Part shown: positions 1-9,165 of the stretch, in pieces
Numbering within the stretch: position 1 is the first letter of the stretch
Layout of the letters: every line of letters starts with the position of its first letter
Source: Chloroflexia bacterium
Lineage (GTDB): Bacteria > Chloroflexota > Chloroflexia > Thermomicrobiales > CFX8
Reading direction: 5' to 3'
Assembly: GCA_030431755.1 (NCBI GenBank)
Contig: JAUIIK010000003.1
Span: 1,770 to 65,769 of the forward strand
Length of the DNA: 64,000 bases
Notes under the pieces: generated by a model
Seen by the model: only the letters and a program-made list of their open reading frames with translations
Databases searched by the model: none
What the model was told of the DNA's origin: nothing
Translations under genes and position numbers: made by a program

Positions 1-87
1 TGGCTCGCGGAGATTCAAGAGGACGCCTAGCCTAGACCGATTGCCAGACCGAGGGACATCTTCGGCGGTACGTTCTCGTGCGGTCTC

Positions 88-125
88 GTAGGGGTGGAGA
101 TGAACTCCACCCCTACGTTTTTGTC
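88..125 (+). terminator. Rho-independent terminator for a + strand gene whose last codons lie at 1..30
   Basis: Perfect 12-bp stem GTAGGGGTGGAG/CTCCACCCCTAC (88-99/105-116) with a 5-nt loop, followed by the T-rich tail GTTTTTGTCGTTC. Confidence 0.6.
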
Positions 126-190
126 GTTCTCTTTGTGATTGGCCGCTAACCACTGTGCGATTGAATCTATGGCGCTCGGCGAGCCGCTGA

Positions 191-778
191 CTAGCGCGTA
201 TCTCTCACTGTCATCGCCGCTTCAATTGTGCGGGCAACCTCGTCAGGCGTTGCAGCCTCGCCCGGCTCAAGCGGCAAGTACTGCGCCGGAATCGTGGCGA
301 GATCCTGTGGCGCGAGCGCTCGTTGAATCGGACTCCAAGCGATGCTGGCTTTCGGACTGCTGCTCGCGAAGACTCCGTCGTAGCGCTCGAGTTCGAATTC
401 TGTGGCGCGTTCGCTGGTTAAGTCGTCTGGCCGATAGCTGACAAAGATGCGCTGGAGAGCGCGGTGATCGAGGTTGGCGATCCACCGGGCGACGTCGCTC
501 GGCAGACCATCAACCGCTATGGCGATGTCAACCAGCGAGAGCTCCCGCGCCAGCCATTCCATCAGGGCTGCGCCGGAGCGAGGCTCGAACGCATGCACGA
601 GGACGCCGGGAAAGTTGTCGTGGACGGCGCGGTATGCCCCACTTCCGACGGCTTCGAGCGTGCGGCGGAGCGTCGCATTGCGACGCTCCTCGATCATGCG
701 CACATAGTGGCCGCGCTCGTGCAAGCCCCAGGCAATGGCCCGGGCATAGAGCGCCTCGGGATTGTCGACGTAGCCCAC
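191..778 (-). CDS. hypothetical protein
   Basis: 195-aa ORF immediately downstream of metE on the same strand. I can assign no diagnostic motif. The in-frame sequence upstream of the GTG start (RVAIFTASA) also looks protein-like, so the start is uncertain. Confidence 0.5.
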   Translation of the reverse strand: MGYVDNPEALYARAIAWGLHERGHYVRMIEERRNATLRRTLEAVGSGAYRAVHDNFPGVLVHAFEPRSGAALMEWLARELSLVDIAIAVDGLPSDVARWIANLDHRALQRIFVSYRPDDLTSERATEFELERYDGVFASSSPKASIAWSPIQRALAPQDLATIPAQYLPLEPGEAATPDEVARTIEAAMTVRDTR

Positions 779-831
779 GGCGCTCGCGGTAAAGATCGCG
801 ACACGGCCGCCGTGACTACTCTGGTTGCCGT

Positions 832-3105
832 TTAGTTCGATGCCGCACGCTCCCGCATGGCGCGGGCTGCCGCGACCATGTTCTCCAGCGCGGGCCAGAC
901 CTCTTCGTCGCGCCGGGTCTTCAGCCCGCAGTCCGGATTCACCCAGATGACCTCGGCATCGAGCGCCGCGATGGCGTCGCCAAGCAGACCGGTCATCTCT
1001 GGCGTGTCCGGCACTCGTGGCGAATGAATGTCATAGACGCCAGGGCCGATCTGGCCAGCGTAGTCGTAGTCGCGCAGTACCTGGAGGATCTCGCCACTGG
1101 AGCGGCTGTTCTCGATTGAGATGACATCGGCTTCCAGCGCGTCGATAGCTTCGATGATGTCGTTGAATTCGCTGTAGCACATGTGTGAATGAATCTGGGT
1201 CGTGGCCTCAACGCCGGACGACGACAAGCGGAATGCCTTGACCGCCCAGTCGAGGTAGTCGGCCCAATCCTCGCGCGCCACCGGCAGTCCCTCGCGGAAG
1301 GCAGGCTCGTCGATCTGGATGATCTTGATCCCCGCAGCCTCGAGGTCGGCGACCTCGTCGCGCAAGGCGAGCCCGATCTGGTAGGCGATGGCGCGTCGTT
1401 CGATGTCGTCACGTGGGTAGGACCACTGGAGGATCGTGACTGGCCCGGTGAGCATGCCCTTGACCGGCTTCGAGGTCTTCGATTGCGCATATTCGATCTC
1501 GCTGAGCGTCATCGGGGCCGAGCGGTGGACATCGCCGACGATGATCGGCGGCCGGACGCAACGCGTGCCGTATGACTGCACCCAGCCGTACTCGGTCGTG
1601 ATGAAGCCGTCGAGCCGTTCGGCGAAGAATTCGACCATGTCGGTGCGCTCGAATTCGCCGTGCACCAGCACATCGAGTCCGGCGGACTCTTGCTGCTCGA
1701 TCAACTCGTCGATCTTCTGCTGGATGTAGGCTGTGTATTCGTCGTCAGTGATTGATCCTCGGCGGTGCTTTGCGCGCATCGACCGGACATCCCGCGCCTG
1801 CGGGAATGAACCGATGGTAGTCGTCGGGAAGGGCGGCAGCCCGAGCGCTTCGGCCTGTGTTCCGAGACGTTCGCGGATGGGCGTTGACCGCTGGAAGTCG
1901 TCGTCAACGAGGTTCCCGACACGCTCCTGTGTATTCTTGTGCGTGGTCGACGCCGTGGCAGCTGATCGGAGGCGGCGTTCGTCTTGCTCGACCTCAGCCG
2001 CAATCGCGTCGACACCATCGTTCGCGGCGGTTGTAAGCAGCACGATCTCTTCGAGCCGCTGCTCCGCGAAGCTCAAGTTCCGCAGCAGTTCCTCATCGTG
2101 CGATTCTTCCGCGACGTCGTGCGGTAGGAGCAGCAGCGAGCAGGATGGTCCGATCCAGAGCTGCTCTTGCTCGACCTGTGACTGAATCTGGCCCAGAACG
2201 CCGAGCGCCTGATCGAGGTTGGCCTTCCAGACGCCCCGGCCGTTGACGATACCGGCGCAAAGGACCTTGTCCTCTGGAAAACCGTTGTCGCGAAGGTTGG
2301 CCAGGTTACGCGGGTCGCGCACGAGGTCCAATCCGACGCCGGCAACGGGGAGACCCATCGCGAGATCCCAATTGTCGCGCAGTGAGCCAAAGTAGGTCTG
2401 GAGCATGATCTGTGGCGTGGCTTTGCCTAGTTCGGCGTACGTGACAGTGAATACCTGTTTGGTGTCGGCATCGAGATCCCAGACGAGGCACGGCTCATCG
2501 ACTTGGACCCAGGCAGCTCCGGCAGTTGCGAGGTCGTCAAGCAGCTGCCGGTAGAGTGGCACAAGCTCGGCGACGTGATCGGCGATCGACTTCGTGTGGT
2601 GTTTGCCGAGCAGCACAAACGAGACCGGACCGAGGATTACCGGCTTGGCGCGGTCGCCAACGATGCCCTTTGTCTCGTTGTAGAGCTCGACCGGGCGGTT
2701 ATTGGCGCGGTATGGAGCGCCGGCGTCGAACTCGGGCACAAGGTAGTGGTAGTTGGTGTCAAACCATTTCGTGAGCTCCAACGCCGGTGTGTCGTCGTCG
2801 CCACGCGCCATGGCGAAGTAGGTGTCGACAGCGACTTCAGCACCAGCCGTGTGGCCGAACCGCTCTGGCACAAGTCCCCACAGCGCGGATGTGTCCAGGA
2901 CGTGGTCATAGAGCGTGAAATCGCCGCAGGGGATCAGGTCGAGTCCGGCTTCGGTCTGTACCGTGAGCGCGGCCGAGCGCACCTCCCGCGCGACACGCTG
3001 TAGCTCGGCGGCGTCTGCGCGACCGCGCCAGTAGCGTTCGATGACGCGCTTGAGCTCGCGGCGCTTGCCGATGCGCGGGTATCCCAGGTTCGTTGACTTT
3101 GCCAT
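832..3105 (-). CDS. metE: 5-methyltetrahydropteroyltriglutamate--homocysteine S-methyltransferase (cobalamin-independent methionine synthase)
   Basis: 757 aa with the two-domain MetE architecture. N-terminus is MAKSTNLGYPRIGKRRELK; C-terminal Zn-site contexts are HMCYSEF and NPDCGLKTR. GGAGTGAAG SD lies upstream and a SAM riboswitch sits in the leader. Confidence 0.97.
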   Translation of the reverse strand: MAKSTNLGYPRIGKRRELKRVIERYWRGRADAAELQRVAREVRSAALTVQTEAGLDLIPCGDFTLYDHVLDTSALWGLVPERFGHTAGAEVAVDTYFAMARGDDDTPALELTKWFDTNYHYLVPEFDAGAPYRANNRPVELYNETKGIVGDRAKPVILGPVSFVLLGKHHTKSIADHVAELVPLYRQLLDDLATAGAAWVQVDEPCLVWDLDADTKQVFTVTYAELGKATPQIMLQTYFGSLRDNWDLAMGLPVAGVGLDLVRDPRNLANLRDNGFPEDKVLCAGIVNGRGVWKANLDQALGVLGQIQSQVEQEQLWIGPSCSLLLLPHDVAEESHDEELLRNLSFAEQRLEEIVLLTTAANDGVDAIAAEVEQDERRLRSAATASTTHKNTQERVGNLVDDDFQRSTPIRERLGTQAEALGLPPFPTTTIGSFPQARDVRSMRAKHRRGSITDDEYTAYIQQKIDELIEQQESAGLDVLVHGEFERTDMVEFFAERLDGFITTEYGWVQSYGTRCVRPPIIVGDVHRSAPMTLSEIEYAQSKTSKPVKGMLTGPVTILQWSYPRDDIERRAIAYQIGLALRDEVADLEAAGIKIIQIDEPAFREGLPVAREDWADYLDWAVKAFRLSSSGVEATTQIHSHMCYSEFNDIIEAIDALEADVISIENSRSSGEILQVLRDYDYAGQIGPGVYDIHSPRVPDTPEMTGLLGDAIAALDAEVIWVNPDCGLKTRRDEEVWPALENMVAAARAMRERAASN

Positions 3106-3139
3106 ACTTCACTCCGTTTCAACACGTTCGACCGGCATC

Positions 3140-3280
3140 AAAAAACCACCGTTGCAGGCGGTGGCGGATACGCTGGTCTACTCATCTCTCGGGTACCGTT
3201 CCCGCCGGATTTGGCACCGTACGCAGCTGCGCCGGTTGCCGGGCTTCAAAGGGCCGTTCCCTCCACCACTCTGGATAAGC
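3140..3280 (-). promoter_or_regulatory. SAM-I (S-box) riboswitch with terminator expression platform, controlling metE
   Basis: The minus strand reads CTTATCCAGAGTGGTGGAGGGAACGGCCCTTTGAAGCCCGGCAACC...GGTGCCAAATCC...GAGAGATGAG, which matches the S-box core (UUAUC.AGAG.GG.GGAGGGA.UGGCCC..UGAA.CC.GCAACC...GUGC.AA.UCC...AGAUGAG). P1 pairs CTTATC with GATGAG. The hairpin CCACCG-CCTGCAA-CGGTGG plus TTTTTT (3140-3166) follows. Confidence 0.88.
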
Positions 3281-3318
3281 ACGGGCTATTCAAATGTCCG
3301 GTAATCCTAGCAGAAAGC

Positions 3319-3350
3319 GAGGCGAGACGCCGCAGTGGACGCCTCGCCTC
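3319..3350 (-). terminator. hairpin downstream of the flotillin gene (putative terminator)
   Basis: 8-bp stem GAGGCGAG/CTCGCCTC with internal GC-rich pairing, 22 nt after the stop of 3373..5004. The tail is only weakly T-rich. Confidence 0.45.
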
Positions 3351-3372
3351 AATATGCTCTACGTTGTCGGCG

Positions 3373-5004
3373 CTAGTCGTCGCCGTTCGGGTCGATGATG
3401 GTGCGGATCGCTTCTTCGTCGGTCTCGACGTCCATCTTGTCGCGGACCATGCCCATGAGGTCGATGCCGGTCGTCGCGGCGAAGTTCTCGGACATCTTCT
3501 GGACGATGAGCGGCAGCTGCCCGGCATAGCGGTCGAGCGTGCCGCTACCGTTCGAGTCGTGGCCATTGCCGCCACCGTCGATGAGGACAACGCGGTCGAT
3601 CTGGGACATCGGCAATGCGGCTGCTTCGACCATCTTGGGCAGTTCTTCGACAAACGCCTGGTACATCAGCAGGTTGATGGCCTGATCGTTGTAGGCATTG
3701 AGCGCCTCGGCAAGCTGCTGCTTACCTTCGGCCTCTGCCAGCAACGCCGCCCGGAGACCCTCGGCCTCTGCCAGGAGTCGGGCGCGGGTACCTTCAGCCT
3801 CGGCCAGCAGGTCGGCGCGCTTGGCTGCCGCTGCCGCCTTCTGGGCATCGGCTTCGGCTTCACCAACCTGGCGAATCCGCGCGCCTTCACCCGCGCCGAG
3901 CAGCTCGCGTTCGCGCGACTGACCTTCGGCCCGTGTCACGATCGCTTGCTGGTCGCCTTCAGCCTGGAGCACCGCGGCGCGCTTCTGGCCCTCGGCAGAG
4001 ATGATGATGGCTTCGCGCTCGGCGTCGGCCTGCTTGAGGACTGTCGCTTCGAGCTCGCGTTCGCGGCGCCGGGCTTCAGCCTCCTGGACCTGGATCGAGG
4101 CTTCTGTGCGCGCGACCTCGACCTGTTGCTGAGCCACAACGACGTCTTTCTGGGCTTCTGCCTGGGCGAGTGGCCCGGCCTGGGCTGCGCGCGCCTGCTC
4201 GGCGTTGATCGACGCCTGGTAAGTGGCCTTCTTGACGTCGGTGTCGCGCTGCGCCTCGGCGATGAGCGCCTCGGCGCGAGCCTCGGCGGTCGACGCATCG
4301 CGCTGGGCGTCGGCGGCGCGGGTACGGGCATCGCGGTCGGCCTCGGCGCGGCCGATCTCGGCGTCGCGCTTGACCTCGGCTGTGCGCTTCTGGCCGAGAG
4401 CTTCGAGGTAGCCGTACGTGTCCGAGATCTGCTGGATCGTCAGGACGTCGATGATGATGCCCATCCGGGCGAGGTCCTGGGCCGACTCAGCGGTCATGCG
4501 CTGGGCGAAGGCTTGCCGGTCGGTGTTCAACTCTTCAACGGTCAATGTGCCGAGAATCGAGCGTAGGTGCCCTTCCATTGTCTGGTGGACAACCTCCTCG
4601 ATCTCGTCGGTAGTCATCCCGAGAAAGCGCTCGATAGCGTTGCCGACGGAGTAATCATCGCCACCGACTTTGACGTTGGCGACCGCGTTGACTGAAACCG
4701 GCACGCCTTCGATGTTGTAGGCGCCCTCGATCCGGAGCGGAATCGAGATGATGTTGAGCGATATGTAGTCGACGCGCTCAACCACGGGAATGCGAAAGGT
4801 CGAGCCGCCCCGGATGACACGGTAGCCAATCTGACGTTGTTCACCGGTTTGACTATCTACGACTCGTCGCTTGCGACCCGAGAGAATTGCAACCATGTTT
4901 GGTGGTACTTTGATGATGTTTCGCGACGCGTACCCTAGCAGCAAGATAGCCGCGACGATTATGAGTACTGCGGCGACTATGACCGGCAAAGAAGTGAAAT
5001 CCAT
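3373..5004 (-). CDS. flotillin family protein (SPFH/Band-7 domain plus long coiled coil)
   Basis: 543 aa with an N-terminal TM helix and an SPFH domain (IIKVPPNMVAILSGRKRR...), followed by about 200 aa of Ala/Glu/Arg/Gln-rich repeats typical of YqiK/FloT flotillins. Confidence 0.9.
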   Translation of the reverse strand: MDFTSLPVIVAAVLIIVAAILLLGYASRNIIKVPPNMVAILSGRKRRVVDSQTGEQRQIGYRVIRGGSTFRIPVVERVDYISLNIISIPLRIEGAYNIEGVPVSVNAVANVKVGGDDYSVGNAIERFLGMTTDEIEEVVHQTMEGHLRSILGTLTVEELNTDRQAFAQRMTAESAQDLARMGIIIDVLTIQQISDTYGYLEALGQKRTAEVKRDAEIGRAEADRDARTRAADAQRDASTAEARAEALIAEAQRDTDVKKATYQASINAEQARAAQAGPLAQAEAQKDVVVAQQQVEVARTEASIQVQEAEARRRERELEATVLKQADAEREAIIISAEGQKRAAVLQAEGDQQAIVTRAEGQSRERELLGAGEGARIRQVGEAEADAQKAAAAAKRADLLAEAEGTRARLLAEAEGLRAALLAEAEGKQQLAEALNAYNDQAINLLMYQAFVEELPKMVEAAALPMSQIDRVVLIDGGGNGHDSNGSGTLDRYAGQLPLIVQKMSENFAATTGIDLMGMVRDKMDVETDEEAIRTIIDPNGDD

Positions 5005-5054
5005 TTGACTTCTCCGATGCTCTCACGCGGAATTTAGACTAGCGAGTCTGAATC

Positions 5055-5621
5055 TTAGGCCCTCACTTTCCCGGTCGCAACGGACTCTTCAGACTCATGC
5101 GAACTACGCTCTACAACTAGCGTATTACCCATGACTTCGACAACTCGAACAATGGTGCCGGTCGGGATCGTCGCGCCGGAGGCGGATCTCGCGAGTCTGG
5201 TGTGTGTGCCGCCGTAGGAACTAATCTGAACTTCGCCAGGGGTCGACGTGATTGACGTTATCACCTCACCCTGGGTGCCAACGACTGATCCGAACGCGTC
5301 GTCGGTTCCCGCGGTTTGTCGATAGAACATGACCGCCACCCAGGCTCCAAGTCCACCGAACGCAATGGCAGACACGAAGCTTGTGCCGACACTAAGCGCG
5401 GTACCCCAGTTTGCCCATTGGGTCAGGATACCTGTTGCTCCAAAGGCAACGAGCGCGAGCGCAATAGCCGGCGTGGTGATTGGACCGCCGCTGTCTCCGC
5501 CGCCAATATCGCCGGCGTCAAACAAGTCGCCGACATCAAGGAAGTCGAATATCTCGCCAACGATAACTGAAATCGCGAGCATCATGAGACCCGCGATGGC
5601 GATCAGGAAGAAGATAAGCAT
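5055..5621 (-). CDS. NfeD family membrane protein
   Basis: Hydrophobic N-terminal half with a C-terminal OB-like NfeD segment (GTQGEVITSITSTPGEVQISSYGGTHTRLARSASGATIPTGTIVRVVEV). Start moved to ATG 5621, which has a GGGAGA SD. The gene lies between two SPFH genes. Confidence 0.75.
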   Translation of the reverse strand: MLIFFLIAIAGLMMLAISVIVGEIFDFLDVGDLFDAGDIGGGDSGGPITTPAIALALVAFGATGILTQWANWGTALSVGTSFVSAIAFGGLGAWVAVMFYRQTAGTDDAFGSVVGTQGEVITSITSTPGEVQISSYGGTHTRLARSASGATIPTGTIVRVVEVMGNTLVVERSSHESEESVATGKVRA

Positions 5622-5776
5622 GGTCGTTCTCCCAGTACGAGGCAAGCAACGGCGCCCTCGGGACGCTGCCACCAACATCTAACGCACTGGATCAATTGAG
5701 GAGGGCAGTGCTATGAAGCAATCTTACCGTTTCCCTGATATCCCCGTCCACGTACAGAGGTGCTATTCGGGTCCGC

Positions 5777-6385
5777 TCAGGCGCGTCCATTGGCCGGGTT
5801 CGTCACGGTGGTTTCGGTCGGGTTGCTGCGGAAAATGATCGTGTCGGCCGCGATACCCAGCGCGGCGAGGTCGGCGCGGATTGCGGCGATGAGTTCAGCC
5901 TCGATTGGCGGCCAACTCCCGACGGCAGAGATGTCGGCGCTCAGCATCGTGTTGATGATGCGGCTCTCGATCGTGGTGCGGATGATCTTCTCGATGTCGG
6001 GCAGTGCCATGCTGAGGAATCGCTGGATGGCCCGCTCCATGTGTTCAGGATCGCTTGCGATGTGGCAGTTCACCAAGACTGAGACGCGCCGGAGTCTGCC
6101 CTCGACATCGCGCAGGTCGTCCGCGTCGATCTGGATTGCCATCTCATTTAATGAGAGACGGTCGACACGTTCCAGCATGGGAATGACGAACGCGGATCCG
6201 CCCCTGACCACGCGGAATCCGCTCGTTCTTTGCTCGCCCGTGACTGGGTCTATGACCAATCGCCTGCGTCCTGTAACAACCAGTACAGAGTCTGGTGGCA
6301 CACGGACAATGTTGCGAGCCACTAGAGCGACCATGACAAGCATCGTCAAGATCACCAGCCCGGCTCCGACGAGTGGTATCAGCAT
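5777..6385 (-). CDS. SPFH/Band-7 domain membrane protein (short, no coiled coil)
   Basis: 202 aa with an N-terminal TM helix. NIVRVPPDSVLVVTGRRR...GFRVVRGGSAFVIPMLERV parallels the N-terminus of the downstream flotillin. GGAGG SD. Confidence 0.8.
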   Translation of the reverse strand: MLIPLVGAGLVILTMLVMVALVARNIVRVPPDSVLVVTGRRRLVIDPVTGEQRTSGFRVVRGGSAFVIPMLERVDRLSLNEMAIQIDADDLRDVEGRLRRVSVLVNCHIASDPEHMERAIQRFLSMALPDIEKIIRTTIESRIINTMLSADISAVGSWPPIEAELIAAIRADLAALGIAADTIIFRSNPTETTVTNPANGRA

Positions 6386-6478
6386 CCAGCCTCCAGGTTG
6401 TCTTCAACAGACGGGCAGAATTGGGTCAAGCCTACACTGCACAACCGGAGGCTAGGCAATCCCTGACTCGTCCGAACG

Positions 6479-7753
6479 CTAGGCTTCGTCGGCCTCCAGG
6501 AAGCGCAGGGCGATGGCGGCCATCGACTGGACGCCGACCGCGATTGCGTCCTCATCGGCGTCAAAGCGCGGGTGGTGCGGCGGGTAGATAATGCCGCGCT
6601 CCTCGTTCTTGACGCCGAGCGAGTACATGCAGGTCGGAACTCGCGCCGAGACATAGGCCATGTCCTCGCCGGCCATCATCGGCGTCGAGTCGTGGACGAA
6701 GTCCTCACCCAGCACCTCGATGCAGGCTTCGCGGGCGATCTGGACGGTCTCTTCATCGTTCTGCATTGATGGATAGCCGCGCAGGTAGACAATCTCGGCT
6801 TCGGCACGGTAGGCCTTGGCGATGCCCTCAGCCACCTCGGTCATCCGTTTCTGGATGAGGTCGCGGACACCCTCGTCGTAGGTCCGCACAGTCCCTGTCA
6901 GTACGGCTCGTTCCGGGATGATGTTCATCGCGGTGCCGGTGTGGATCGTCGTGACGGAGAGGACCGCCTGATCCAGCGCCGCCACCTCGCGGCTGACGAT
7001 CTCCTGGAGCCCAACGATGATCTGTGCGGCGACGTAGACGGTGTCGACAGCGCCTTGCGGGAACGCGCCGTGGCCGCCGACACCGCGCACGTGGATCTCG
7101 AACATATCGGCAGCTGCCGAGCGCGGGCCGTGGTTCATTGAGACGTGCCCGGCAGGGTGTTCGGGGCTGACGTGCAGGGCGTAGGCGGCGTCGACCTTGG
7201 GGTCTTCGAGGATGCCGTCCTCGATCATCGCCAATGCGCCACCGCCACCTTCCTCGCCCGGCTGGAACATCAGCTTTACCGTGCCGTCGAAGCGGTGCTT
7301 GTTCTTCTCGAGCAGCTCGGCGACGCCCATCAGCACTGTTGTGTGGAGGTCATGGCCACAAGCGTGCATCTTGCCGGGGTTGCGGCTCTTGTACTCGACG
7401 TCGTTCTCTTCGTCCATCGGCAGCGCGTCCATATCGGCCCGCAACAGAACCGTCTTGCCAGGACCCTCGCCCCGCGCCCCGACAACCGTGCCAAGCACGC
7501 CTGTGCCGCCGGTTGCCGGGCCAGGGGTGATCCCGGCGCGCTTCAGCTCTTCAGCGTCCATGTAGAGCGAGCGGCCATCGCCGCCGACGCCGGGTTTGTA
7601 TTCGACACCGGCTTCGGTCAGATGCTTCTGGACGAGATCTGAGGTTGCTTCCTCCTCGAACATCAACTCCGGGTTGACGTGGATCAACCTGCGCGTCTCC
7701 CGCAGCCAGGCGTCCATCTCCGGCGATACCTGGACGATCTCAGCTAGCGACAA
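6479..7753 (-). CDS. M20D family amidohydrolase (N-acyl-amino acid / hippurate hydrolase-like)
   Basis: 424 aa with the HACGHD metal-ligand motif, a GEEGGGGA loop, and length and order typical of the M20 peptidase/amidohydrolase family. Confidence 0.9.
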   Translation of the reverse strand: MSLAEIVQVSPEMDAWLRETRRLIHVNPELMFEEEATSDLVQKHLTEAGVEYKPGVGGDGRSLYMDAEELKRAGITPGPATGGTGVLGTVVGARGEGPGKTVLLRADMDALPMDEENDVEYKSRNPGKMHACGHDLHTTVLMGVAELLEKNKHRFDGTVKLMFQPGEEGGGGALAMIEDGILEDPKVDAAYALHVSPEHPAGHVSMNHGPRSAAADMFEIHVRGVGGHGAFPQGAVDTVYVAAQIIVGLQEIVSREVAALDQAVLSVTTIHTGTAMNIIPERAVLTGTVRTYDEGVRDLIQKRMTEVAEGIAKAYRAEAEIVYLRGYPSMQNDEETVQIAREACIEVLGEDFVHDSTPMMAGEDMAYVSARVPTCMYSLGVKNEERGIIYPPHHPRFDADEDAIAVGVQSMAAIALRFLEADEA

Positions 7754-7797
7754 TGTGTGCCTCCAATTTCAGTGTCTACAGTTTCTGGTCTTAGCGC

Positions 7798-9165
7798 CTA
7801 CTCTGCTACGCGGTCCGAAACACGGCCACCGTAGCGAATGAAGCGCATTGATCCGTCCTCGTTCCGGAAGAAGTCGACCGGCGAGCCGTCGCCCGCGCCG
7901 CCTACGACGCGGAACTTGTCGCCACCGAGCGGCATGGCGTGGACCGGCGGCATCGTGCGATCCTCGTCGCTGTCGGCCAGTGCGCTCTTGCTCACGGCAT
8001 CGAGCCGCAGACCGCCGTCCTCGACAGTTACGTGGATATCGGCCAACGGCTGGCTGTAGCTGCCGGCGAACTCGACGAGCGCCGCGTCGCCCAACTCCAC
8101 GGTGTCAGCTTCAGGCTTTGTGAGGCCGAGATAGCGCTCGAAGATCCACTTGACGATCTCGCGGTAGCAGGCTGCGCCACGGCCGCTGTTTGTCAAAACG
8201 ACGACGGCGAAGGCGCGTGATGGGACGATGTCGAGATGTGCCTGGAAGCCGTTGGTGCTGCCGCCGTGGCCGATGGCTTTGACGTCGCCGTAGTAGTTAA
8301 GCTGCCAACCGAGCCCCCAGGCGTCCGCCAGACCGGCGTCCTCGACCAGCTCGGCCTGCATCTGCGCGCGCGAGTCATCGCTCAGTACGCGCTTGCCGTC
8401 CCAGGTCCCATCGCCGATGTGGAAGCGCGCGAAGCGCAGCATATCTTCAGCGGTCGAGCTGATCGAACCGGCCGGGCCGCTCGCGCGCGGGATCGGCCAG
8501 CGCCGGGCAACTTCGTGCTCATCGCCATCAGGCGTGACCAGCGTGTGGCCAACCGAGACGCGGTAGGTGATCGCTTCGTGCGGGAAGTAGAACGAGCGCT
8601 CCATACCGAGCGGCTCGAAGATGCGGTCACGGACTGCCTGCTCGAAGGTCGTGCCGAGCTTCTTCTCAATGATGTGGCCGGCAAGGTTGAAGGCGCTATT
8701 GGTATAGGACCACACTTCGCCCGGCGCGTAGACCTGGCGCAGATCGGACATCGACGCGACGTACTGCTCCAGCGCGTCGTCGCCCCAGCCGAAGTCCTCG
8801 AAGTGGTCCCCGTAGACGCCGCTGACGTGGCTGACGAGATCTTTGATCTTTACGTCGTCCTGTATCCCGCTCTCGGTTAGCTGGAAGCCCGGCAGGTGTT
8901 GCGATACCGGGTCATCGAGGCCGATCAGCCCCTCATCGACGAGTGTCATCAGGAGCGTCGTCGTGAAGATCTTCGAGATCGAGCCGATCTGGAGGATGGT
9001 GTCCTCCGCCATCTCGTAGCCCGTCTCCAGGTTCGCCTTGCCGAATGCGTAGAGCTCCTGCTCGCCATCGTTCCAGATCCCGATTGTGAGCCCAGGAACT
9101 GTCCAGCGTTCCATTGACTCGCCAACAAATGCGCGCAGGTCCGCCTGCCGGTCGGTATCGCTCAT
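7798..9165 (-). CDS. serine hydrolase, beta-lactamase/transpeptidase fold (class C-like)
   Basis: 455 aa with the S-x-x-K motif SISK (QIGSISKIFT), a YTNSAF (Y-x-N) motif and a HGGSTNG third motif. Confidence 0.85.
   Translation of the reverse strand: MSDTDRQADLRAFVGESMERWTVPGLTIGIWNDGEQELYAFGKANLETGYEMAEDTILQIGSISKIFTTTLLMTLVDEGLIGLDDPVSQHLPGFQLTESGIQDDVKIKDLVSHVSGVYGDHFEDFGWGDDALEQYVASMSDLRQVYAPGEVWSYTNSAFNLAGHIIEKKLGTTFEQAVRDRIFEPLGMERSFYFPHEAITYRVSVGHTLVTPDGDEHEVARRWPIPRASGPAGSISSTAEDMLRFARFHIGDGTWDGKRVLSDDSRAQMQAELVEDAGLADAWGLGWQLNYYGDVKAIGHGGSTNGFQAHLDIVPSRAFAVVVLTNSGRGAACYREIVKWIFERYLGLTKPEADTVELGDAALVEFAGSYSQPLADIHVTVEDGGLRLDAVSKSALADSDEDRTMPPVHAMPLGGDKFRVVGGAGDGSPVDFFRNEDGSMRFIRYGGRVSDRVAE

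Noticed and set aside
3211-4566. 451-aa ORF on the plus strand
   Set aside because: It is antisense to the flotillin gene. The long open frame arises from the repetitive GC-rich coiled-coil codons, and the sequence is low-complexity (L/G/A/R).
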